Positions 53,466 to 62,755 of a DNA stretch of 64,000 bases are shown here, piece after piece. The notes under the pieces were generated by a model. It did no database searches, was not told the DNA's origin, and saw nothing but the letters and a program-made list of their open reading frames with translations. Position numbers and translations under genes: made by a program. Location: NCBI RefSeq assembly GCF_028368995.1, contig NZ_JAQNDL010000003.1:1952001-2016000 (forward strand). The letters run 5' to 3'. How positions within the stretch are numbered: position 1 is the first letter of the stretch; each line of letters begins with the position of its first letter. Source of the stretch: Nannocystis bainbridge (GTDB lineage Bacteria > Myxococcota_A > Polyangia > Nannocystales > Nannocystaceae).

Positions 53466-55955
53466 ATGGCGACACGGCGACGGACACTGGTGGGGATGTG
53501 GAGCATCGTGGCGGCGACGGCCGCCGGCTGCAGCGACGACGGCACGGCCTCGACGGCCGACACGACCGGAGGGGTCCTGCCGACCGCCTCGTCGACCGAC
53601 GGCGCGACCGACGGCACCGCCGGGACCACGGCCACGCCGCCGACCGGCACCACCGAGAACGGCAGCGACAGCGAGAACGCGACCGAGTCGACCGTCACGC
53701 CGACCAGCACGACCGACGGCACCACCGAGCCGGTCGTCACCAGCACCACCGTCGACACCGAGACCACCGACGGCTGTGACTGTCCGGCCAACTTCAAGTG
53801 CAAGTACGACACCTGCATCCCCGACCTCGGCACCTGCACCACCCACGACGACTGCCCGGGTGACTCCTACTGCGACCCCGACGGCGAGTGCATCCCGTAC
53901 GGCGTCCCCGAGGGCACGATCAACGACCCCGAGTGTCAGAAGGACGACATCCCCGAGGGCATCACCCCGGTGGTGCAGTGCGAGTGGAGCGCGGTCAAGG
54001 ATCCGGCCAACGACCCGACCAAGAACTCGACGTACATCTACACCACGCCGATGGTCGCCGACCTCAACCTCGACAACGACCCCGGCAAGCTGCAGCCCTC
54101 GATCATCGTCAACACCTTCGCCAGCATCGGCAACATGGGCCGGATCGGCACCCTGCGGATCTTCGACGGCCGCACCTGCGAGCTGCAGCTGCAGGCCGGC
54201 GGCGCCGACGAGCCCGACGACTCCAACCGCCCCGGTTATTCGGCGCACTGGGCCATCGGCGACCTCGACGGCGACGTCCCGCAGGGCGGCCGGCCCGAGC
54301 TGGTCGGCTACCACCGCGTCACCAGCAACAACGACAACGGCCCGCTCAACCTCTACGCCTTCCGCATCGTCGACGACGGCGACACGCCCAAGCTCGAGCG
54401 CATGTGGTACGGCCGCAATTGCGAGACCGACACCCTGCTCACCTTCTCGAGCGCCGGCGCCACCAACGGCCCGAGCCTCCACGACCTCGACGGCGACGAG
54501 TTCCCCGAGATCGTCGTCGGCGACCAGGTGTTCGACCGCGACGGCTGCCTGCTCACCACCTGGACCGCCAGCGGCGCCAACCACATGCCGGTGATCGCCG
54601 ACGTCGACCTCGACGGCCAGATGGACTTCGTCAACCACCGCCGCGTCGCCGGCTGGGACCCGGGCACCGGCGAGTGGGTCGACAAGCCGTGGTTCATGCC
54701 GGCCAACCAGCCGGGCGGCTACATCGCCGTCGCCAACGCCGGCCTCTACTCGGTCGTCGACGGCGTCGACTTCGAGCTGGCCCCCGAGGTCGTCGTGCTC
54801 AGCGTCAGCAACAGCATCGGCCGCCTGCGGATCCAGAGCCTCACCGGCGAGACCAAATGGGGCCCGATCCAGCTGTACGCCAAGCCCAACGAGACCATCG
54901 GCCAGGGCGGCCCGGTCACCGTCAGCGACTTCGACGGCGACGGCCAGGTCGAGTTCGCCACCGCCGCGGCCACCTACTACGCCGTCTACGACCCCGACTG
55001 CGTCGCCGCGCTGAACGGCGGCAGCCCGACCGAGCGCCCCGGCGGCAAGTGCGAGCGCTCGCCCGCGCAGCAGGCCAAGAACCTGCCTGACGGCGTGCTG
55101 TGGGTCCAGCCCTCGCAGGACCTGTCGTCGAACATCACCGGCTCCTCGATCTTCGACTTCAACGGCGACGGCGCGGCCGAGGCCGTCTACCGCGACGAGT
55201 GCTACCTGCGCGTCTACGACGGCAAGAGCGGCGAGGTCCTGTTCAGCGCCCCCGCCTCCTCCGGCACCGGCAACGAGTACCCCGTGATCGCCGACGTCGA
55301 CGGCGACTTCGCCACCGAGATCGTCGTCCCGCGCACCAGCTTCAACAGCTGCCCGGCGATGGACCCGCTCTACCCGATGGCCCCCAAGTTCGTGTCGCGC
55401 CCCGGCTTCGTCGTCTACCGCGACCCGCTCGACCGCTGGGCCAACTCGCGGCCGATCTGGAATCAGTACCAGTACTCGATCACCCATATCACCGACGACG
55501 CCCGCGTCCCGTCGGCCGACACGTTCGTCAACAACTGGGAGACCCCCGGTCTCAACAACTTCCGCCAGAACGACCAGGGCTCGACCGGCAAGCTCAACAT
55601 CGCCGACCTCACCGTCGAGCTGACCGACCTCGGCACCCTGTGCCAGAACCAGGGCGGTACCATCGACCTCCAGGCCGAGGTGTGCAACCGCGGCACCAAC
55701 CCGGTCCAGGACGGCGTGGTCGTCCAGTTCCTCGAGACCACCGACCCCGCCCAGCCGGTCGACCAGGCCGCCGTCGTCTGCGAGGCCGTCACCACCAAGC
55801 TGCTCGCCCCCGGCGAGTGCGAGACCGTCACCTGCACCGCCGACCTCCAGGGCGGCGGCACCGTCTACGTCGACGTCGACCCCGAGGACAAGATCGCCGA
55901 CTGCCACCCCGGCAACAACCTCGGCGCCGACGCCCTCGACATCTGCCCGGGCTGA
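53466..55955 (+). CDS. FG-GAP/VCBS-repeat lipoprotein with C-terminal CARDB-like domain
   Basis: Lipobox AAGC, Thr linker, repeated DxDGDG.xE motifs, ADLTV...VCNRG...VDPEDKIADC..GNN. Confidence 0.87.
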   Translation: MATRRRTLVGMWSIVAATAAGCSDDGTASTADTTGGVLPTASSTDGATDGTAGTTATPPTGTTENGSDSENATESTVTPTSTTDGTTEPVVTSTTVDTETTDGCDCPANFKCKYDTCIPDLGTCTTHDDCPGDSYCDPDGECIPYGVPEGTINDPECQKDDIPEGITPVVQCEWSAVKDPANDPTKNSTYIYTTPMVADLNLDNDPGKLQPSIIVNTFASIGNMGRIGTLRIFDGRTCELQLQAGGADEPDDSNRPGYSAHWAIGDLDGDVPQGGRPELVGYHRVTSNNDNGPLNLYAFRIVDDGDTPKLERMWYGRNCETDTLLTFSSAGATNGPSLHDLDGDEFPEIVVGDQVFDRDGCLLTTWTASGANHMPVIADVDLDGQMDFVNHRRVAGWDPGTGEWVDKPWFMPANQPGGYIAVANAGLYSVVDGVDFELAPEVVVLSVSNSIGRLRIQSLTGETKWGPIQLYAKPNETIGQGGPVTVSDFDGDGQVEFATAAATYYAVYDPDCVAALNGGSPTERPGGKCERSPAQQAKNLPDGVLWVQPSQDLSSNITGSSIFDFNGDGAAEAVYRDECYLRVYDGKSGEVLFSAPASSGTGNEYPVIADVDGDFATEIVVPRTSFNSCPAMDPLYPMAPKFVSRPGFVVYRDPLDRWANSRPIWNQYQYSITHITDDARVPSADTFVNNWETPGLNNFRQNDQGSTGKLNIADLTVELTDLGTLCQNQGGTIDLQAEVCNRGTNPVQDGVVVQFLETTDPAQPVDQAAVVCEAVTTKLLAPGECETVTCTADLQGGGTVYVDVDPEDKIADCHPGNNLGADALDICPG

Positions 55956-55975
55956 TCGCCCCCGCGCCGCCTCAC

Positions 55976-56117
55976 CTGTCCTCGAGGCCATGTCGCTGCC
56001 GCGCAGCGCCATGGCCCCGGGGACATGTCCATTCGGACATCCTCGACATCTGCCCTGACAGCCCCTCCGGCGGTCCACCAGGTCCGCGCCAGGTCATGGA
56101 CCTGTCCCGAGGGACAT
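55976..56117. repeat. cluster of four TGYC-N6-GRCA palindromes upstream of AraC gene
   Basis: Copies at 55976, 56011, 56025, 56102. Confidence 0.75.
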
Positions 56118-56163
56118 CCCTGCCCCTGGCGCCCGCGCCGTCGACCGGCTTAAAATTATCGAC

Positions 56164-57099
56164 ATGCAGGGCAAGCCGATCGCCGTCGAGGGCATCCGCT
56201 CGGTCCGCGCCGCCCGCGGGACCTGGAGCGGCGTCGAGGCCGCCTCACTGCATTGGTACTCCTACGGCGGCCGGCGGTCGACCATCGACCTCTCCGGCCC
56301 GCGCCACCGCCTCGCCATCCTCCTGCAGCAGGTCGGGGGCTTCTGCGAGGCGCGCAGCAGCCCTGGCAAGCCCGGCCTCACCCGCAACCCGGGCGCGCGC
56401 TTCGCCTCGTCCCACCCCGGCGGCGCGCCGCTGTGGGGCTATAGCGAAAGCATCGAATACACCCACGAGCTGGCGCTGACGTTCGACCCGCGCGAGCTGT
56501 CGACCCGCCTCGGCGAGCCGCTGCGCGACGACGACCTGGCGCCGCGACCATGGCTGACCAACCCGCGGATCTTCACGCTCGCGGAGCTGCTCGCGACCGA
56601 GGTCGGCGGCGACGGCGAGCTCGGCCAGCTCTACGGCGAGAGCCTCGTGCTCGCGCTCGTCGTCGAGTACCTGCGGACCGTGCGCGCGCACGGCCCCGCC
56701 GCGCGCAAGGGCGGCCTCACGCCGAGGCAGCTGCGCGACGTGTGCGCGTACATGCACGAGCACCTGTCGGCCCCGGTCGGCCTGCGCGAGCTGGCCGACC
56801 TCAGCGGCATGTCGCAGGCCCATTTCAGCCGCGCCTTCAAGGCCTCCACCGGCGTCCCACCCTACCGCTGGCAGCTGGCCGCGCGGGTCGAGAAGGCCCA
56901 GCAGCTGCTGCTCCGGCCGGGCAGCTCGCTCGCCGACATCGCCTTGCAGCTCGGCTTCGGCGACCAGTCGCACCTCACCCGCGTATTCCGCCGCGTCGTC
57001 GGCACCACTCCGAGCGCGTGGCGCCACACCCACGGCCGTCCCGAACGCCAGGCGACCACCGCCGAAGAAGTGGCCGCGACCCGACGACGCGAACCCTGA
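56164..57099 (+). CDS. AraC-family transcriptional regulator
   Basis: GGLTPRQL, HFSRAFKASTGVPPYRW, GFGDQSHLTRVFRRVVGTTP. Confidence 0.92.
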   Translation: MQGKPIAVEGIRSVRAARGTWSGVEAASLHWYSYGGRRSTIDLSGPRHRLAILLQQVGGFCEARSSPGKPGLTRNPGARFASSHPGGAPLWGYSESIEYTHELALTFDPRELSTRLGEPLRDDDLAPRPWLTNPRIFTLAELLATEVGGDGELGQLYGESLVLALVVEYLRTVRAHGPAARKGGLTPRQLRDVCAYMHEHLSAPVGLRELADLSGMSQAHFSRAFKASTGVPPYRWQLAARVEKAQQLLLRPGSSLADIALQLGFGDQSHLTRVFRRVVGTTPSAWRHTHGRPERQATTAEEVAATRRREP

Positions 57100-57175
57100 A
57101 TGCATGCAGGCTCGCGTCGCCGCACGTCGACGCTGCGAGGCGCTCTCGCCACGCGATGCCGCCGCGAGGCGACGC

Positions 57176-57823
57176 TCAGCTACCGCGACCGGCGCGCAGC
57201 AGCTGCATCTCCCACGCGAACGCCACCCCGGTCCCGCCCGCGTGCGCCATCATCGCCTCGCTCATGTCCGCCACCGTCGCCTCGCGGGCCCAGTCGCGCT
57301 GCAGCTCCGAGCCGAACACCATCCAGGTGATCGGAACAGCCCCGGCCTGGACCATCCGCCGCACCGCCATGTCGTGCGCCTCCGCCGACACCCCGCCGGA
57401 CGCGTCCGTCACGATATAGACCTCGAAGCCCTCGCCGAGCGCCTGGATCGTCGGCATAGCCAGGCAGATCTCGGTCCACAGCGCCGCCAGCACCAGCTTC
57501 TTGCGGCCCGTCGCCTTCACCGCGTCCACCACCTTCTTGTCCTCCCACGTGTTGATGAGCGTGCGGTCGATCGGCTTCTGCTCCGGGAACACGTCTTGCA
57601 GCCCCTTGATCAGGTAGCCGCCGCGCTCTTCCAGCACCGTCGTCAGGATCGTCGGCACCTTGAACGCTTTGGCCGTCTTCGCCAGGCCGATCACGTTGTT
57701 GACGATCATCGTCGGATCATGGCTGTGAAGATTGGCGAACTGGAACGGCTGATGATCGATCAGCACCAGCACGCAATTGTCGGGGGTGAGCAGCGCGTCG
57801 AGACCGGTCTTGTTGTTGGACAT
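57176..57823 (-). CDS. isochorismatase-family hydrolase (YcaC-like)
   Basis: LLTPDNCVLVLIDHQP, ALWTEIC, VTDASGG, ELQRDWAR. Confidence 0.9.
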   Translation of the reverse strand: MSNNKTGLDALLTPDNCVLVLIDHQPFQFANLHSHDPTMIVNNVIGLAKTAKAFKVPTILTTVLEERGGYLIKGLQDVFPEQKPIDRTLINTWEDKKVVDAVKATGRKKLVLAALWTEICLAMPTIQALGEGFEVYIVTDASGGVSAEAHDMAVRRMVQAGAVPITWMVFGSELQRDWAREATVADMSEAMMAHAGGTGVAFAWEMQLLRAGRGS

Positions 57824-58162
57824 GGGAAATCTCCTGCGAGCCCGCGCGGGCGCCGGCTCGTTCGCCGCGGAACCTAGCGGGGCCCGGGGCCGCAGCGCTT
57901 GGACGATCGTGCCGGCTTGGAAGATCCCTGCCGTCGATATGCCTGCCCCCCCGCCGCGGGCCCGCGCCGAGGCACCGCGCGCCCGCGACACAACTATCAA
58001 TACATGTCCTTTTGGCCATATGATGAATAGCTCCGAGCCTGTCCCGAGAACATCTGCGCCAAGCCCGAAGCCTCTGTCCCGAAATTCACCCGCACCCGCG
58101 CGAAAACGAGCGCACAGCCCCACGTGGCTCCGGCGTGACCGCTGAAGTATCCTCGAGCGCGC

Positions 58163-59194
58163 ATGCGGCTCCTCGGCGCCTCGGTGGTCCTTTTCACCGC
58201 CTGCTTGCCGGTCGAGCCCGGGTACCTGATCACTGCCCCCAGCTTCCGCGGCGTCCGCCTCGAGGTCGTCGAGCCGGGCGGCTACGCCTCGCTGCTGAAC
58301 GCCCCGCCCGGTCGCCCGCGGGCCACCTTTTTGCCGCTCGACACCATCGAGCTCACCGCGCATTTCGCCGCTCCGTCCGGCGTAGCGATCCAGCCGCCGA
58401 TCTGGCTGTACTGCGGCGTCGAGTGCTCCGTCGCGGGCCCGCTGGTCGAGCTCGTCGGCGACGTGGCCGCCTGTCCCACGCCCCTGCCGCTCAACCTGAT
58501 CGACCCGTGTCGCCTCGACGAGGCGATGCAGATCCGCGTCAGCATCGCCGGCGCCTTCACCTTCGCCCGCGCCGAGCTCCGGCTCCTGCTCGTCGCCAGC
58601 CGCGACCCCGACCTCACCCCCGCCACGTGCCTCGAACGCCTGACGCGACGGCCGCACACCGACCTCGAACCGTGCATTGTCGCCCATTGGGGGCTCAGGC
58701 CCGGCCCGCGGTGGGCCTTGCTCCCGTTCGCCCCGGACACCGCCGCCATCCCCCGCGAGATCCTCGAGCAGGAGGTCGACACCAACCCCGACATCGTCGG
58801 CTTCCGGGTCACGCGCCAGCGCGGCGCCGATCGCCGTGAGCAGCTCGTCGATCCGGGTGCGCGGATCGGGGTGCGTCGCGGCGAGCGCATCACCGTCGAG
58901 CCTCTCTTTACCGCGGAGTCCGCCCAGCAGTACTGGCTCACGTACAATGACGAGGAGGGCAAGCCCTACTCGGGCGAGCTCCGCGACTATCAAGAGGAGC
59001 TGACGATCCGCCCCTGGTTCGACGCCCCCGTCCTCGGCCTCGACTGGGAGACCTACGACGATTGGCGCGAACCTCCCCTCACCTGGATCGTCCCCGACAA
59101 CGTCGAGCCCACCCGCCTCTTCCTCGACGTGATGGACGATCGCGCCGGCCGGGCCTCTGCCGAGCTCCTGTTCGTCGCCGACGACGCCCCATGA
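58163..59194 (+). CDS. lipoprotein (module 1 partner of TonB receptor)
   Basis: Lipobox FTAC; paralogous to 61721..62755; 4-bp overlap with the receptor gene. Confidence 0.8.
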   Translation: MRLLGASVVLFTACLPVEPGYLITAPSFRGVRLEVVEPGGYASLLNAPPGRPRATFLPLDTIELTAHFAAPSGVAIQPPIWLYCGVECSVAGPLVELVGDVAACPTPLPLNLIDPCRLDEAMQIRVSIAGAFTFARAELRLLLVASRDPDLTPATCLERLTRRPHTDLEPCIVAHWGLRPGPRWALLPFAPDTAAIPREILEQEVDTNPDIVGFRVTRQRGADRREQLVDPGARIGVRRGERITVEPLFTAESAQQYWLTYNDEEGKPYSGELRDYQEELTIRPWFDAPVLGLDWETYDDWREPPLTWIVPDNVEPTRLFLDVMDDRAGRASAELLFVADDAP

Positions 59195-61473
59195 TTGCCC
59201 TCGGCCTTTACGCCGTGCTCGCGGCCGCCGACCCGGCCCCCGTCGAACGCCCCGCGCGCGACCGCGTCCAGGGCCTGCTGCGCAGCGCCGGCGAGCGCCA
59301 GCCCGTCGCTGGCGCCCGGGTCTTCGCCACCGCCCGGCGCGGCCCCGCGTGGAAGCGCGAGGCCGTGTCCGACCGCGACGGCGTGTTCGTGCTCGCCGAT
59401 CTGCCCAGCCGCGATTTTGTCCTCACCGTCGTCGCCGCCGGCCACCAGCGATTCGAGCAACCGACCACCGCCCCTTATTGGTCGCGCCGCAAGCCGCCGA
59501 CGATCTACCTCCAACCCCAGGGCGCCGGCGGCTATCGCACGATCGTCGAACAGCAGCGCACCACCCGGCCGAGCACTGTCAGCACCAGGCTGCAACCCGA
59601 GGAGATCGCCAACCTCCCCGGCAGCCAGGGCGACCCGCTGCGCGCCTTGCAAAACCTGCCCGGCGTCGCGCGGATCCCCGGCGGCCTCGGCCTCATCGTC
59701 CTGCGCGGCGCGGCCCCCAATCAATCGCAGGTGTTCTTCGGCGAGCACCCGCTGCCGCGCGCCTTCCACGTGCCCGGCCTCGCCAGCGTCGTCCAGACCG
59801 GCGTCCTGCAGGGCCTCGAATACGTGCCCGGCAACTTCTCCGCCCATTACGGCAACGCCGTCGGCGGCGTCGTCCACCTCACCCCGCGGGTCGGCCGGCG
59901 CGACGGCCTGCACGGCCACGCCAAGCTCGACATCACCTCGGTCGGCGCCCTGCTCGAGGGCCCGTTCGGCAAGGGCGGCTCGTTCCTCCTCGCGGCCCAG
60001 CGCGGCTACCTCGACCTCGCCCTCAAGGCCCTGCCTGACGACGTGCTCAATGGTGACGCCCTGCAGCCGCGCTACCACGATTATCAATTCATCTTCGACC
60101 ACCCCGTCGGCCGCGGCGGCACCCTCACCGTGCGCCTGATCGGCGCCTCCGACGACCTGCGGATCGTCTCCGGCGGCCTCCCCAACTTCCGCCTGCGCAC
60201 CGCCTTCGACCGCGTCGACCTCGCCTACCGCAAGCGTCACGGCCGCTGGGACTTCCTGCTCGCCCCCGCGGTCCGCTTCGACCGCTCGGATTTCTCGGCC
60301 CGCGTCTTCACGCGTCGCAACAACGTCGTCGGCCTCCTGCGCGCCGAGGCCAGCGTGCGCCCGCTGCGGCCGCTGCAGCTCACTCTCGGCTTCGACACCC
60401 AGCTCGACCGCTACAAGACCCGTCAGGTCACGGCTCCCCCTCAGCTCCCCGAGGAGGACGTGACCGCCCGCGGCCTGCTCACCACCTCGGGCCTCTACCT
60501 CTCCTCGCAGCTCGACCTCGGCCGCTACGCCGTCGTCGCCGGCGTCCGCGTCAACGCCTTCACCGCCGCCGAAAACGCCCTGTTCACCGCCGACCCACGC
60601 CTCCTGCTGCGCTACAGCCCGCACGAGCGGGTCCGCTTCCAGCTCGGCGCCGGCATGTACTCGCAGCCGAGCCTGCGCAGATCCCTGCGAACGGCCGGCT
60701 TCACCTACGAGACCATGGAGGGCGGCCCGGCGCACACCTTCGGCAACGTCATCCTCCCCGGCGCCGCCCGCTTCCTCGACCCCCAGCTCGAGTTTCAGCC
60801 CGGCCGCCGCGTCGGCGCCAGCCAGGCCACGCAGTACAGCGCCAACCTCCACGTCGACCTCACCGCCGCGCTCGACCTCGACGCCACGATCTTCTACCGC
60901 CGCGTCCGCGACCACCTCCCGCCCGACCCCGACGACCCGGAGCTGCCCGACACCGCCTCGTCGACCCACGGCGTCGAGCTCATGCTGCGCCACGACCTCA
61001 CCGCGCGCCTGTTCGGGTGGATCGCCTACACCTGGATGCGCTCCGACGCCCACCGCCTGTTCCCCGACGGCACCATCGCCCGCGCCCCCGCCGACTTCGA
61101 CCAGCGCCACAACCTCGTCATGCTGGTCGGCTACAAGCTCCCGCGCCGCTGGTCGATCGCCGCCCGCTTCCGCCTCGTCACCGGCCTGCCCTTCACGCCC
61201 TACGTCGGCGGCCTCAACCACCAGGGCGAGGACACCTACCCGATCGCCGGCCCGCCCAACAGCGGCCGCATGCCGGTGTTCCACCAGCTCGACCTCCGCC
61301 TCGACCGCACCTGGATCTTGCACCGCTGCATCGTCGGCGCCTACCTCGACGTGCAGAACGTATACAACCGCCCGAACGCCGAGGGCCTCATGTATTCGCA
61401 CGACTACGCCAGCACCCGCGCCGTCGTCGGCGTCCCGATCTTGCCGGTGCTCGGCGTGAAGGTCAGCTACTGA
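59191..61473 (+). CDS. TonB-dependent receptor with N-terminal carboxypeptidase-regulatory-like domain
   Basis: LPGSQGDPLRALQNLPGV, RG plug motif, YGNAVGG, DFDQRH, FHQLDLRLD, LDVQNVYN, terminal Tyr. Confidence 0.88.
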   Translation: MIALGLYAVLAAADPAPVERPARDRVQGLLRSAGERQPVAGARVFATARRGPAWKREAVSDRDGVFVLADLPSRDFVLTVVAAGHQRFEQPTTAPYWSRRKPPTIYLQPQGAGGYRTIVEQQRTTRPSTVSTRLQPEEIANLPGSQGDPLRALQNLPGVARIPGGLGLIVLRGAAPNQSQVFFGEHPLPRAFHVPGLASVVQTGVLQGLEYVPGNFSAHYGNAVGGVVHLTPRVGRRDGLHGHAKLDITSVGALLEGPFGKGGSFLLAAQRGYLDLALKALPDDVLNGDALQPRYHDYQFIFDHPVGRGGTLTVRLIGASDDLRIVSGGLPNFRLRTAFDRVDLAYRKRHGRWDFLLAPAVRFDRSDFSARVFTRRNNVVGLLRAEASVRPLRPLQLTLGFDTQLDRYKTRQVTAPPQLPEEDVTARGLLTTSGLYLSSQLDLGRYAVVAGVRVNAFTAAENALFTADPRLLLRYSPHERVRFQLGAGMYSQPSLRRSLRTAGFTYETMEGGPAHTFGNVILPGAARFLDPQLEFQPGRRVGASQATQYSANLHVDLTAALDLDATIFYRRVRDHLPPDPDDPELPDTASSTHGVELMLRHDLTARLFGWIAYTWMRSDAHRLFPDGTIARAPADFDQRHNLVMLVGYKLPRRWSIAARFRLVTGLPFTPYVGGLNHQGEDTYPIAGPPNSGRMPVFHQLDLRLDRTWILHRCIVGAYLDVQNVYNRPNAEGLMYSHDYASTRAVVGVPILPVLGVKVSY

Positions 61474-61572
61474 TCTTCATTGCCATCCCTCTACGATTCG
61501 CAGGACTGCTCGAGCGCAAGCACGGCCGTCGGCCTGCCGGCCTTGCCCGTCCTCGCATCGAGATCTATTCGA

Positions 61573-61594
61573 GACATGTCTCGAAAGACATGTC
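61573..61594. repeat. perfect GACATGTC-N6-GACATGTC motif
   Basis: gacatgtc tcgaaa gacatgtc. Confidence 0.8.
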
Positions 61595-61720
61595 ATGCTC
61601 CTCGCCTTGCGCGGTCCCCCGCGCGACGACACGACCTCGGAGCCATCCTTCGCATTCCGCCCCGCGAGAAAAACCGCACGACGGCAAGGTTGTCGACCCG
61701 GGTCCGGCGCGCTAGCGTGC

Positions 61721-62755
61721 ATGGAGATGACGCGGTGGCTGCTCCCGCTCGGCATCCTCGTCGTGCCCGCCTGTGTCCCGGCCGAGTACGACTGGGTCGT
61801 CGTCGACGCGCGCTTCCGCGGGCTGCTCGTCGAGGTCGTCGAGCCGGGCGGTTACAGCTCCCTCTTGAACGTGCCTCCGGACCGCCGGCGGGCCTTCATC
61901 CTCCCGCTCGACACCGTCGAGCTCGAGTGGAAGGTCGCCGTCTCGCCGGGCATGGAGCTGCCCCCCCCGATCTGGATCGCCTGCTCCTCGCAATGCTCGT
62001 CCTCGTTGTGGAGCGGGGTCGATCTCTCCGACCTGCAGGACTGCCCCGATCCGATGCCCATCGGCATCGCGGACTCGTGCCGGCTCGGTGACGACCCCCG
62101 GATCCGCGTCCGCCTGGGCGGCGCCTATGCCCCCGATCCCGGCTTCACCCTCCTGCTCATCGGCAGCCGCCGCCCCGACCTCACCTCGGAGACCTGCCTC
62201 GAGCGCGTGAGCGCCTCCCCGCGCGGCGAGGTCGCGCCGTGCTTCATCATCACGCGCACGCCTCCGTTCAGCGACACGCCGCTCGGCCTGCCGTTCTTGC
62301 CCGGATCGGTCGAGGCTCCGCCCGAGGTCCTCGCCCAGGAGGCCGACACTCACCCCACCGTGCTCGGATTCACCGTCACGCGCGAGCGCGGCGACGTCCG
62401 TCAGGACCTCGTCATCGACCTCGGCGACGCCGTCCCGGTCCGCCGCGGCGATCGCATCACCGTCGCGCCGCGCTTCGCCGCCGACGCGGCGCAGGAGTAC
62501 TGGAAGGTGTCTTCCGGCGATTGGTCGGGCTGGCTCGATCAACGCATTGAGATGTTCGGCTACGAGCCGTCGTTCAGCGAGCCCGTCCTGTTCGAAGGAC
62601 CCGTCTCCGTCTCCGCCTCCCTCGACAAGCTGCCGCCTCTCACCTTCGTCGTCCCGCACGACGTCGTGCCCACCACCCTCTGGCTCGACATCTTCGACGA
62701 CCGCCAGGGCAGGGCCTTCGTCGAGCTGCAGTTCGTCCCCGAAGACGAAGCATGA
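61721..62755 (+). CDS. lipoprotein (module 2 partner of TonB receptor)
   Basis: Lipobox VPAC; EVVEPGGYSSLLN, LPLDTVEL, DDRQGRA shared with the 58163 gene. Confidence 0.8.
   Translation: MEMTRWLLPLGILVVPACVPAEYDWVVVDARFRGLLVEVVEPGGYSSLLNVPPDRRRAFILPLDTVELEWKVAVSPGMELPPPIWIACSSQCSSSLWSGVDLSDLQDCPDPMPIGIADSCRLGDDPRIRVRLGGAYAPDPGFTLLLIGSRRPDLTSETCLERVSASPRGEVAPCFIITRTPPFSDTPLGLPFLPGSVEAPPEVLAQEADTHPTVLGFTVTRERGDVRQDLVIDLGDAVPVRRGDRITVAPRFAADAAQEYWKVSSGDWSGWLDQRIEMFGYEPSFSEPVLFEGPVSVSASLDKLPPLTFVVPHDVVPTTLWLDIFDDRQGRAFVELQFVPEDEA

Noticed and set aside
56021-56030. GGACATGTCC matches the eukaryotic p53 half-site; also compared with CRP-family/MrpC-type sites
   Set aside because: The p53 match is treated as coincidence in bacterial DNA. 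CRP uses TGTGA-N6-TCACA and the MrpC motif as I recall has an 8-bp spacer, so neither fits.
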